Virus record (IMG/VR): IMGVR_UViG_3300048576_000022
Coordinates: 1-39,782 of that record
Reading direction: 5' to 3' (one strand)
Length of the DNA stretch: 39,782 nt
DNA from: a virus
Taxonomy: Duplodnaviria > Caudoviricetes
The translations under genes were made by a program, and so were the position numbers. Positions 1-7,092 of the stretch are shown here, in pieces (position 1 is the first letter of the stretch; every line of letters starts with the position of its first letter). The notes under the pieces are model-generated. The model was not told where the DNA came from. It made no database searches and saw only the letters and a list, made by a program, of their open reading frames with translations.

Positions 1-170
1 TCCGCGCTACGGAGGTCCGCGCTACGGAGGTCCGCGCTACGGAGGTCCGCGCTACGGAGGTCCGCGCTACGGAGGTCCGCGCTACGGAGGTCCGCGCTAC
101 GGAGGTCCGCGCTACGGAGGTCCGCGCTACGGAGGTCCGCGCCGCAGAGGTCCGCGCCGCAGAGGTCCGC
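1..170. repeat. 15-bp tandem repeat (tccgcgctacggagg and tccgcgccgcagagg variants) encoding pentapeptide units
   Basis: Nine perfect copies at 1-135, then variant copies; 1-127 is identical to 39656-39782. Confidence 0.97.
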
Positions 171-269
171 TTTTGCTGCAATCGCAGCCGCAACTGCGCC
201 GCCAATTGATTCAGCGTCAGTCTCGAAAACTACGGCATCTGTGTATCTGTTTTTGATTTGGATTTTCAT
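1..269 (-). CDS. Pentapeptide-repeat protein, N-terminal part (continues across the window junction into 39034-39782)
   Basis: ATG at 269 reads [43 protein letters not shown]-(ADLRS)n to the window edge; A(D/N)Lxx pentapeptide pattern; not in the ORF track because it has no stop before the edge. Confidence 0.9.
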   Translation of the reverse strand, partial: MKIQIKNRYTDAVVFETDAESIGGAVAAAIAAKADLCGADLCGADLRSADLRSADLRSADLRSADLRSADLRSADLRSADLRSADLRSA

Positions 270-298
270 AAATAGACCCGGCTTGGCTGAGTTGTGGT

Positions 299-472
299 CT
301 ATGTAGATTTTGAGTGTTCACTGCACTCCGTAGATTTGGAGCAGCCTGCCGGGAGAAAGTGTTCGCGGATGAATTCGCAAATCCCCGTCGCAGCCATCCG
401 GTTAAAATCTCCGTTCGCGTAACGCTCGAAGGCGTCGTAGATCTCCTGCCATGCTTCTTGTTCTGTTAGCAT
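299..472 (-). pseudogene. 57-aa ORF, internally deleted paralog of 2079-2543 (C-terminal part) and 34323-34601
   Basis: MLTEQEAWQEIYDAFERYANGDFNRMAATGICEFIREHFLP; joins GIC directly to EFIR, lacking ~52 aa present in the 2079 paralog. Confidence 0.65.
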
Positions 473-562
473 ATTATTGAGTGATGACGATGATTACCGA
501 GACTGTTGCGAGTCCAAATGTCAACGCAAGAAACGCCGCGTAGGTAACGCGCATCCACAATG

Positions 563-751
563 TCATTCAAGTATCCTCCCAATGATTGAGCGCATAGAGG
601 CTCGGTTATTGCTCCGGGAAATCTGGGTCAACTCTTCCGCGTCGATCTCGCCTTGTATCATCCGGTCGCCGTTTTTTGCAGCTCGGCATAATGCGAACAC
701 AAGGAACGAAAGGCCGAGAATGATTAGCGCGATTGATAATGTGAGGATCAT
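563..751 (-). CDS. Small membrane protein
   Basis: N-terminal hydrophobic helix MILTLSIALIILGLSFLVFALC; ATGA overlap with the upstream gene. Confidence 0.65.
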   Translation of the reverse strand: MILTLSIALIILGLSFLVFALCRAAKNGDRMIQGEIDAEELTQISRSNNRASMRSIIGRILE

Positions 752-924
752 AGGAAGCGGGTGCGGATGGTTAAGTGAAATCGCAGCGGGAAAACGATTG
801 AAGTCTCAATCAGCGTGCTAAGCTCACGCTTTCCATTTTCCGAAGCCCTGCGATAAAGCCACGCCTCAGTTGCTCCAGCAGTCCATGTTTCAGGCAAATA
901 ATACTCTACGTCCACGTAATCCAT
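748..924 (-). CDS. Hypothetical protein (58 aa)
   Basis: ATG at 924 lies just after the stop at 926; its stop overlaps the next start. Confidence 0.55.
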   Translation of the reverse strand: MDYVDVEYYLPETWTAGATEAWLYRRASENGKRELSTLIETSIVFPLRFHLTIRTRFL

Positions 925-925
925 A

Positions 926-1576
926 TTAGCTCTCCTTGTTCTTCGCTTCCGCCTGATACTGCCGGACGACCATCCCAACCCGCGCCGCCTCGCGTTCAAG
1001 AAACAGCTTGAACGCCGACATCTCACCTTTCGGCGCGTAGTGAATGACGTTCGTAACCGTGGCCTCGATGTTGGTCTTGATACACGCGAGATCCAGGTCG
1101 CGCTTTTGGCCTTGGTCTGAGTAGTCTTCCATCGGTGGCTTTTCCGGCTCCAGTCCTGATTTAACTCCGGATTCGGAGCGCGGGAACAGATTCTCTGAGG
1201 CTCCTTTGATGTCTTCCGCAGTAACCTTGCGATCCTTAGACTTCGCTTCAACCTGTGCGGCTTTAACAACCTCTTCGCGGTGCTCTGGCTTCACCCGTGA
1301 CAACTCCCTGGCTTTACGCTCACTGTCTACCACGGTAGACATTTCGGACGGCAACCCGAGGCAGATCTCGGCACTATCCATGAGCTGATACGCACGACCC
1401 CTTGTCCACCCCCAGCGCTCTTTACAATAGGCCTCAAACGTATCGTGAGTCTCGCGATAAAGCTTGTTGTTTCTTATCTCTGCGAGCGCAAAACCGACTT
1501 CGACGAATGTGCGCTGGCCATTATGTATCACCTCTTCTAACGCAGAAAGCCGATCCTTAATTTCAGTGGTACTCAT
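926..1576 (-). CDS. Phage HTH-type DNA-binding protein (DUF3102-like N-terminus)
   Basis: FVEVGFALAEIRNNKLYRETHDTFEAYCKERWGWTRGRAYQLMDSA motif; start at 1576 overlaps the upstream stop (ATGA). Confidence 0.75.
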   Translation of the reverse strand: MSTTEIKDRLSALEEVIHNGQRTFVEVGFALAEIRNNKLYRETHDTFEAYCKERWGWTRGRAYQLMDSAEICLGLPSEMSTVVDSERKARELSRVKPEHREEVVKAAQVEAKSKDRKVTAEDIKGASENLFPRSESGVKSGLEPEKPPMEDYSDQGQKRDLDLACIKTNIEATVTNVIHYAPKGEMSAFKLFLEREAARVGMVVRQYQAEAKNKES

Positions 1577-2067
1577 AGCGATTGAATGTAAGAAAGGAGT
1601 TCTTCTGTAGCCTCGAACCATTCTAAATGCCTCCTGAGATGCTTAAAACGTTTGTGCAGTTGTTTCTCAGTCTTAAAGTCACCAGGAATGATTTTCAGCA
1701 CGTCGAGCGGAAACGGGCAGGATGTTGTGTGATTTTTAAGCCTCGCTTTGTTGTTGTCTGAAAATCCTATCTTAACCCTATTAGCTTCCCGGCAATACAG
1801 AAAATACACGGAAGGCTTACGCAAATCGGTTTTAGCGAAGTAGCTTGCGACTTGCTTTTTGTACACAGAGTCGGAATGGTGCAACGTATGCCAAACAAGC
1901 CCGAACTCAGGGTGTGAACCAATATCAGCTAAAGCGTGGTAGTAGCAGCAATGCTCTATAATCCTGCGTTTAGTCTGCTCGTCTTTAACAAACGTGATGT
2001 CGCTAAATAGCGCAATCGGGGTTATCTTTCCAAAATGAGCAGTTCCGTAGTAATTGCTGAGTGCCAT
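1573..2067 (-). CDS. GIY-YIG superfamily (T5orf172-like) domain protein
   Basis: VYFL...VKIGFS...RLKNH...E..LHKRF....LEWF motifs; AACTTATG start at 2067. Confidence 0.8.
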   Translation of the reverse strand: MALSNYYGTAHFGKITPIALFSDITFVKDEQTKRRIIEHCCYYHALADIGSHPEFGLVWHTLHHSDSVYKKQVASYFAKTDLRKPSVYFLYCREANRVKIGFSDNNKARLKNHTTSCPFPLDVLKIIPGDFKTEKQLHKRFKHLRRHLEWFEATEELLSYIQSL

Positions 2068-2078
2068 AAGTTTTACTG

Positions 2079-2543
2079 TTAAAGAACCTCCTTGTGTAGG
2101 ATTGGAGGGAGAAAATGTTTGCGGATGAATTCGCAGCGCGAGGCCGCGCCTTCTGGGGTGGTTGGCCAGCAAATTACAAGCGGTTCAAATCCTAATTTGA
2201 TAAGATCCGCACAGAGCTTTTTGTCCATTGTCCAATAAGTCTTATCTGATATTACACGATTTTCGCGCTCAAGCTTGTGAAGAGCGCCGCAAATCCCAAA
2301 CGACGCGAGCCGGTTATAATCTCCGTTCGCGTAACGCTCGAACGCGTCGTAAATTTTATCCGTGTTCTTGGCGTCCCTATTTTTCTTGCTGGAAGATGCT
2401 TTGCCTTCTTCCATTTTCTGTTTCATCTGGTTCTTGACCTTCGAACTGAACCGATGAATAACCAGCGGTGCTGCGCCTACGATTTTGAACGTTGCCCGCT
2501 GAAAGTTAGGGGGCTTGATTGTTACTGTTGTTGTGTCGCTCAT
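2079..2543 (-). CDS. Chimeric hypothetical protein
   Basis: N-terminal ~63 aa (FKIVGAAPLVIHRFS) is unrelated to the paralogs; C-terminal part IYDAFERYANGD..GIC..WP..R.EFI is paralogous to 299-472 and 34323-34601. Confidence 0.65.
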   Translation of the reverse strand: MSDTTTVTIKPPNFQRATFKIVGAAPLVIHRFSSKVKNQMKQKMEEGKASSSKKNRDAKNTDKIYDAFERYANGDYNRLASFGICGALHKLERENRVISDKTYWTMDKKLCADLIKLGFEPLVICWPTTPEGAASRCEFIRKHFLPPILHKEVL

Positions 2544-2590
2544 GTTTTTGCGTTTGTTAACTAAAATCGAAACCGGAATTCGCTGCTTGT

Positions 2591-2667
2591 AAATGACTCC
2601 TCCGTAGAGTTTCCTCCATCCCACGACCTGACAGCCGGGGTGTGTGTTACTTCTTCATGTGTCATCC
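2591..2667 (-). ncRNA. Candidate small structured RNA immediately 3' of the tRNA
   Basis: Closing stem GGAUGAC/GUCAUUU encloses hairpins CCCCGGCU-GUCA-GGUCGUGGG and UGGAG-GAAA-CUCUA (GNRA loop); G.U pairs work on the minus strand. Confidence 0.3.
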
Positions 2668-2673
2668 TAAAAC

Positions 2674-2747
2674 TGGGAGCAGGGGAGGGAATCGAACCCC
2701 CTAAAGCGAGTTTATGAGGCTCGCTCAGACAACCAGTCTTCCCTGCA
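2674..2747 (-). tRNA. Atypical tRNA with CAU anticodon (Met/fMet-like)
   Basis: Acceptor TGCAGGG/CCCTGCT with 1:72 mismatch, anticodon loop CTCATAA, T arm GGGGG-TTCGATT-CCCTC, encoded CCA; D arm is short and non-canonical. Confidence 0.75.
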
Positions 2748-2751
2748 AAAT

Positions 2752-3381
2752 TCACTTTGCACCTCCGTTTGCCTCAAAAACAGCTTTTGCGAATCCGGGC
2801 GGGGTCTCACTCCTAAAGTCGGCCCTGTCATCAGACGGCGAAGCGAGCCAGATCTTTTCGGTTACTCCCGCTGGCTGCTCATTGTGGATCGGAGCAGGCA
2901 TCCGAAATCCATTTCCGGTCCATAAGCACGTCTTTTTTGTCCACAGATCTCCGTATTGCCACGGCTGAAAAATGTAATCCGGTTTGCGGCGGTGCGATGA
3001 CAAACGCCCCACCGGATTTTCCAACATGTAAGGGAAGCCTCCAAACGTGAACGCGACCTCAACAGAGTCGAAAAGCTGAAGCGCATCCGCGAGCATCCAT
3101 CCGGCTTTCTTTTTGTGGTCTCTCGCTCCGCTCACGCACAGGTGAGTGCAAGGCGTGAACCCAAATCCGATCTTAACGCGGCCGCGTGCTGACTCTGGTA
3201 GCCTCCACGATCTACAGTCACCCCAGACGTAGTGAATCAGGCCAGCGCCGACAGCTTCCGTCCTGTCCCTGCGGATTGAGTGCTGAACGTCAACACACCA
3301 GCATTCATACCCAGCCTCAGCCCACGGGCGAACCATGTTCCCGGTGCGGTCGCAAATTGAAATGACAACATCAGGGCTCAC
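2752..3381 (-). CDS. Short phage DNA cytosine methyltransferase-like protein
   Basis: FTPCTHLCVSGAR (catalytic PC), MLENPVG (ENV-like motif VI), FQPWQYGD..TKKTCLW, RSETPPGFAKAVF. Confidence 0.8.
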   Translation of the reverse strand: MSPDVVISICDRTGNMVRPWAEAGYECWCVDVQHSIRRDRTEAVGAGLIHYVWGDCRSWRLPESARGRVKIGFGFTPCTHLCVSGARDHKKKAGWMLADALQLFDSVEVAFTFGGFPYMLENPVGRLSSHRRKPDYIFQPWQYGDLWTKKTCLWTGNGFRMPAPIHNEQPAGVTEKIWLASPSDDRADFRSETPPGFAKAVFEANGGAK

Positions 3382-3590
3382 TTGGCGCCTCCTGATTTCC
3401 TCAGACCGGCATACGGTGCGCGTGAGTGAGCCCGATAGAACTGCTCTCGCTGTTCTGGGGAGTAGGCAGTAAAGAAATTCTCTAACGCAACCTCGACAAT
3501 TATGTCGTTGGTCTTTCCGGTTCGGAATCTGTCCTTGGCGACCTTCTGCTTGAGGGTTTTTGCTACTCGCGTGTTTAGTTGCGTCGTCAT
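3378..3590 (-). CDS. Ribbon-helix-helix DNA-binding protein (Cro/Arc-like position)
   Basis: N-terminal strand TQLNTRV followed by two helices; first gene of the leftward operon, divergent from 3713. Confidence 0.7.
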   Translation of the reverse strand: MTTQLNTRVAKTLKQKVAKDRFRTGKTNDIIVEVALENFFTAYSPEQREQFYRAHSRAPYAGLRKSGGAK

Positions 3591-3712
3591 AGGTTGCTAA
3601 CTTACTAGCATCCTAGCAACAAACTACAATCGCACAACTATTTTTTAATTGAGTTGCTAGCAACCTGTGATATTATGGCGTCTAGCATTGTGTGTTATGT
3701 GATTTAGAAATT
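3591..3712. promoter_or_regulatory. Divergent promoter/operator region with CTAGCA boxes
   Basis: Perfect palindrome GTTGCTAGCAAC 3653-3664; CTAGCA at 3605, 3613, 3682; GTTGCTAA at 3593; rightward TTGAGT-16-TATTAT (3649-3676). Confidence 0.7.
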
Positions 3713-4015
3713 ATGAAAAAACCACAAAAAGAGCAGTTCAACACGCGGTTGTCTGGCGACCTGAAACGCGCAATGCGAATCATGTCGGCAGTAATGGACA
3801 CCTCGACAGAGGAACTGACAGAGGTGTTGCTAGCCGCATCACTCGGAAGCCGCGACCCAAAGATACGCGCAAAGCAGGAGCTGGTATTGCTTTTGGCTGG
3901 AATCCAGAAGGCGCACAGGGAAGCTCAGACCGAGAACGCGAAAAGATTTGATCAGATAATCTACATCATGAGCAAATACGATAGGCGTGACAACTTAAAG
4001 TCAAGCGATCAATGA
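3713..4015 (+). CDS. Ribbon-helix-helix protein, putative repressor
   Basis: KEQFNTRLSGDLKRAMRIMSAVMDTSTEELTEVLL: RHH pattern sharing QxNTR with the divergent gene. Confidence 0.7.
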   Translation: MKKPQKEQFNTRLSGDLKRAMRIMSAVMDTSTEELTEVLLAASLGSRDPKIRAKQELVLLLAGIQKAHREAQTENAKRFDQIIYIMSKYDRRDNLKSSDQ

Positions 4016-4155
4016 AGGCCCCCGCGAACGGAAGCCCAACGCGCTTCACACCGTGGGTGGATGCGATGCTGGAGCCGCATAACGGCCCCGTTACTCCTTC
4101 CGCGCATGGCGGATGAGCTGGTCAACTATACACCCCATGTCAATAACAGCACCTT

Positions 4156-4251
4156 ATGAAACTGAAAAGACTCGCTAAAGCTCTGGTATTTGTCACCGCA
4201 ATTATCGCACTACTAGCCTTTTCCACGCTCATGTTGTGGCTGTTTTGGTGA
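4156..4251 (+). CDS. 31-aa single-pass membrane peptide
   Basis: MKLKRLAKALVFVTAIIALLAFSTLMLWLFW*; CTTATG start context; below the ORF-track cutoff. Confidence 0.55.
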   Translation: MKLKRLAKALVFVTAIIALLAFSTLMLWLFW

Positions 4252-4257
4252 AACTCG

Positions 4258-4340
4258 ATTTCACTACACATCAACAACTTACGCAGAATCTGAAAAATAG
4301 TTCTGGACTGAGCGCAACGTTGCGCTAGAATGGCGACATG
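4258..4340 (+). promoter_or_regulatory. Duplicated promoter module, copy 1 (IHF-like site, -35, palindromic operator, -10, leaderless ATG)
   Basis: ATCAAcaacTTA 4270-4281; TGGACT 4304-4309; palindrome AGCGCAACGTTGCGCT 4311-4326; TAGAAT 4326-4331; ATG 6 nt later. Confidence 0.8.
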
Positions 4341-4667
4341 GTGAAACTTACAAAGCAAACAAGTCGCGGTGAAGCGGTGATCGAAGTAAGCAACGGAACA
4401 GCTTATGTCTCGCTGAATGGTCAGCAAATCGGAACGAGCGGCATGGTTAACAGGACAAAGCCGTTCGGCCCCGGCAATGCTTATGTCGGTGGAATCTGCA
4501 AGATCGCACTAACGGAATCCGAAGCCTCGGAAGTCGAGAGAATGCTCAAGGCCCGCGACTTCAACGAGGAAGAAGTATCCAGCAAAGACTCACGCGCTAA
4601 ATACATTCAAGTGATGCGCGAAGTCCACGGCAATGTGAACCAGTTTGCGAAAGGCGGGGCGCTGTAA
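4338..4667 (+). CDS. Hypothetical early protein
   Basis: 109-aa ORF starting directly at promoter copy 1. Confidence 0.75.
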   Translation: MVKLTKQTSRGEAVIEVSNGTAYVSLNGQQIGTSGMVNRTKPFGPGNAYVGGICKIALTESEASEVERMLKARDFNEEEVSSKDSRAKYIQVMREVHGNVNQFAKGGAL

Positions 4668-4688
4668 ATCAACAACCCACACAATAAT

Positions 4689-4943
4689 ATGAAAACCAAA
4701 GACCAAATCACAACTCAGATCGCAGGCGGAATCTTTGTCTGTTGGGTGATAGGTAGTCAGGCTCGCGACGGGTTCATCCACGAGGACATAACGCTCGACT
4801 TTCGGCAGGACTTCAAAACCAAGGCCGATGCCGAAGCGTGGGGAGTGAATCGAGCGGCTGAACTCAAGAGTAATACGAGCTTCCCGTCTCAGATCCGCGT
4901 GGGAGTCGAGGGTGGCAGTGCCCGATGGATCACAAACATATAA
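4689..4943 (+). CDS. Hypothetical early protein
   Basis: 84-aa ORF with A/C-rich leader, in operon order. Confidence 0.7.
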   Translation: MKTKDQITTQIAGGIFVCWVIGSQARDGFIHEDITLDFRQDFKTKADAEAWGVNRAAELKSNTSFPSQIRVGVEGGSARWITNI

Positions 4944-4978
4944 CAACACCCCATAGGAGGCGGCTAACCCACAATCTG

Positions 4979-5062
4979 ATTTCACTACCCATCAACGACT
5001 TACGCAGAATCGAAAAAATACTTCTAGACTGAGCGCAACGGTTGCGCTAGGATGACGACATG
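4979..5062 (+). promoter_or_regulatory. Duplicated promoter module, copy 2
   Basis: ATCAAcgacTTA 4991-5002; TAGACT 5025-5030; AGCGCAAC-G-GTTGCGCT 5032-5048; TAGGAT 5048-5053; ATG at 5060. Confidence 0.8.
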
Positions 5063-5299
5063 ATGAATACAGAAACAAACAAAACGGAACTCGTAATCGA
5101 CTCAATCAGCAACGTATTCGGAGGCTGGGACAGTGGCTATTATGTCGAGGTATCGTATCACTACAATGTTGACGGTAGCGCCGATGGTTACACTCGTGAC
5201 AGGCTGGCGATCAACCGCGACATTGCGAACGATGCAAACGCTGTCCGTGAATACGTCGAGAGTGAACTGTCTCCGGCGGAAGCCGACTACAGCGAATAA
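5060..5299 (+). CDS. Acidic hypothetical early protein
   Basis: 79-aa D/E-rich ORF starting at promoter copy 2. Confidence 0.75.
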   Translation: MMNTETNKTELVIDSISNVFGGWDSGYYVEVSYHYNVDGSADGYTRDRLAINRDIANDANAVREYVESELSPAEADYSE

Positions 5300-5335
5300 C
5301 CACACAACCGGGAGATCCCAACAACCAACGAAAAT

Positions 5336-5536
5336 ATGAAAAACACGAAAACAATCATGCAAGAAGCCGAGAGCCTATCAGACGAGTATGAGTTTTACGC
5401 CGACGCTGAGCGACGCGGCGAGATTAGCAGGCGCGTCTATTATTCGGCCTGCTCAAAGTCTGGGTTGACGCGCAAGGAGGCAACAGAAGTCCTGCGCGAA
5501 AACTATCAGCGCGCAGGGATCGCGCATTTGTTTTAA
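5336..5536 (+). CDS. Hypothetical early protein
   Basis: 66-aa ORF with A-rich leader. Confidence 0.7.
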   Translation: MKNTKTIMQEAESLSDEYEFYADAERRGEISRRVYYSACSKSGLTRKEATEVLRENYQRAGIAHLF

Positions 5537-5558
5537 CCAAACCGACATGGATGGACGC

Positions 5559-5744
5559 ATGAACTGCCCCAACTGTAACACCCATATACCGGACGACCTG
5601 GTCCGGCGAGAAGGTGCCAGGCTCAACGGTCAGGCCGGACGCGGTAAGTCGAAGGCCCGAACCAGCGAGCAGGCGCGAAAGGCGGCTATGGCCGGAGTGC
5701 GTAAGCGGTGGGCGAAGATGAGGACGTCCGGGACGTCCAAATAA
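5559..5744 (+). CDS. Small basic protein with CxxC and a G..G.G.SKART.EQARKAA....W motif; candidate DNA-binding regulator
   Basis: MNCPNC...GQAGRGKSKARTSEQARKAAMAGVRKRWAK; last gene of the plus-strand island. Confidence 0.65.
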   Translation: MNCPNCNTHIPDDLVRREGARLNGQAGRGKSKARTSEQARKAAMAGVRKRWAKMRTSGTSK

Positions 5745-5805
5745 ACAACTAAACCAGAAATCTAGATAAAATAATAGAATGAAAGAGCGAACACGACAGA
5801 ACGAG

Positions 5806-6112
5806 CTCGCCAACATTGGTTGGCGGGGCACACAAAACGAGCGCATGCTGGCGTCGGTTGTAGACCGGCCCCACATCCCGCACGCGGTCGCCGCTGCGGG
5901 ATGCCCGCGGGAGACAACCAGGGCAGTCGCCGCCAGATTCGGGGCGACTAATTTTCGCATGGTGCGGAATGAGGACGGCGGCGCAAGGTGCGTCGCCGAC
6001 TGGCCGGCCAAATATTTGTCAGGTCACTGATCGGCAGGACGGAGTTCTGCTGCTTGTGTCCGCGCTGGTGCCTGGCAGCCCGTTGGCTGTTCCGGGTGGG
6101 ACAGCGGCACAG
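5806..6112 (+). ncRNA. Candidate large structured RNA (or ssDNA structure)
   Basis: Eight or more closely packed stem-loops with G.U pairs consistent with the plus strand (listed in findings). Confidence 0.45.
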
Positions 6113-6748
6113 TTCATACGCTTTGATTATCCGGTGAATCCGCGCAAAAGTTTCGCTAATGTTCTGCGGAGTAAAATATGTTGAGTGCCCGCCGTAGAGC
6201 CAGACGGTCTTGTATGGCATCGACGCGTCAAAATTCTGCCACCCGACGCGGCCAAGGTCGCCATAGGGCCAGGCCAACATACGGGCGAAGCGGTTGCCAA
6301 CCACGCCCAGGACTGCGTCATCGTCCGCGCAGAACGCGACTGCGCGGCGCAGCGAGCCATCCCTGATCCATTGAGCGACTCCGTTTTTCTCAACATCCGC
6401 CTCGCAGGCCGCTCCGGTGAGTATCAGACCAGCGATTCGATAGCCGCGGTCAATTAGTATCTTCGCCGTCTTCAACGCGATGACGGCGCCGTTGCTGTGA
6501 GCTACTAGCCACACCGGACAACCAGCGCGCTCGCAACATGCGTCAATGATCTCAGCCGCGAGACCGCGAGCGATCACAGGATCTTTGAGCAGGCAGTTGA
6601 TTTTCGGAAACGGCCCGGCGCGATACTCCTTCTTGATGACGAGCACTCCGGGATCACGCTTCCACATCCATGATGCCAGCTTGTCAGGCCACGAAACCGT
6701 GGTCTGCTTTGTCATGATTCCGTGAATGGCTGCTACGATGGCTCGCAT
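5948..6748 (-). CDS. Alpha/beta-hydrolase (lipase/esterase fold) at the end of the late operon
   Basis: IHGI oxyanion motif, VWLVAHSNG nucleophile elbow, DDAVL acid, GGHSTYF His; the last ~55 aa look like a read-through tail. Confidence 0.85.
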   Translation of the reverse strand: MRAIVAAIHGIMTKQTTVSWPDKLASWMWKRDPGVLVIKKEYRAGPFPKINCLLKDPVIARGLAAEIIDACCERAGCPVWLVAHSNGAVIALKTAKILIDRGYRIAGLILTGAACEADVEKNGVAQWIRDGSLRRAVAFCADDDAVLGVVGNRFARMLAWPYGDLGRVGWQNFDASMPYKTVWLYGGHSTYFTPQNISETFARIHRIIKAYELCRCPTRNSQRAARHQRGHKQQNSVLPISDLTNIWPASRRRTLRRRPHSAPCEN

Positions 6749-6749
6749 A

Positions 6750-7076
6750 TCACTTTGCCGCTGCGGCAGCTTTCAACCCAGCCTCAGTAGCTTTGCTTAC
6801 AGCCTCGGCAGTTGCGTTAATGATCGCAGCCTGAGCGGCCCCGGTGTTCGTGATGTTCTCTGGGTTCATCTTTGCTGTGAGCTTTTGCAGCTTGACTGTC
6901 ACTGTTCCATTGGTTTCAGCGCGAACCTCAAAGCCTTCCAGGTCGCTATCCTTCGGCGTTACAACCGCGAACGGCTTGCCTCCGATGCTTCCGGTGATTT
7001 TGGTTTGCGGGACAACCTTCCCTACGCAGCCGGTCATGACGAGCGCGAGAGCTGCAATAAATGCGAGTTTCTTCAT
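6750..7076 (-). CDS. Lipoprotein, possible spanin-like lysis component
   Basis: MKKLAFIAALALVMTG-C lipobox; Ala-rich C-terminal helix; lysis-cassette position. Confidence 0.7.
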   Translation of the reverse strand: MKKLAFIAALALVMTGCVGKVVPQTKITGSIGGKPFAVVTPKDSDLEGFEVRAETNGTVTVKLQKLTAKMNPENITNTGAAQAAIINATAEAVSKATEAGLKAAAAAK

Positions 7077-7092
7077 AAGTTTTCCTTTCGTA

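Noticed and set aside
1-170. Terminal repeats as a CRISPR array, telomere or true terminal direct repeat
   Set aside because: There are no spacers; the 15-bp period encodes in-frame pentapeptides. The 127-nt end identity lies inside the tandem repeat and is best read as an assembly break.
748-1269. 5' extensions of ORF-track calls (748-1269, 926-1621, 1573-2172, 35232-35843, 36823-37851, 33737-34258)
   Set aside because: The extensions overlap upstream genes in other frames; downstream coupled or AACTTATG starts fit better.
2600-2655. Twister or hammerhead ribozyme behind the tRNA
   Set aside because: UAACAC...CCGG...UGGAGG is only superficially twister-like; I could not build the pseudoknots, and there is no CUGAnGA hammerhead core.
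2674-2747. tRNA as an attP/attachment-site fragment
   Set aside because: No integrase is present and the tRNA is not duplicated; it sits inside an operon.
5779-6030. 83-aa plus-strand ORF
   Set aside because: No recognisable motif, it overlaps the convergent hydrolase ORF, and the region is better explained by nucleic-acid structure; not fully excluded.
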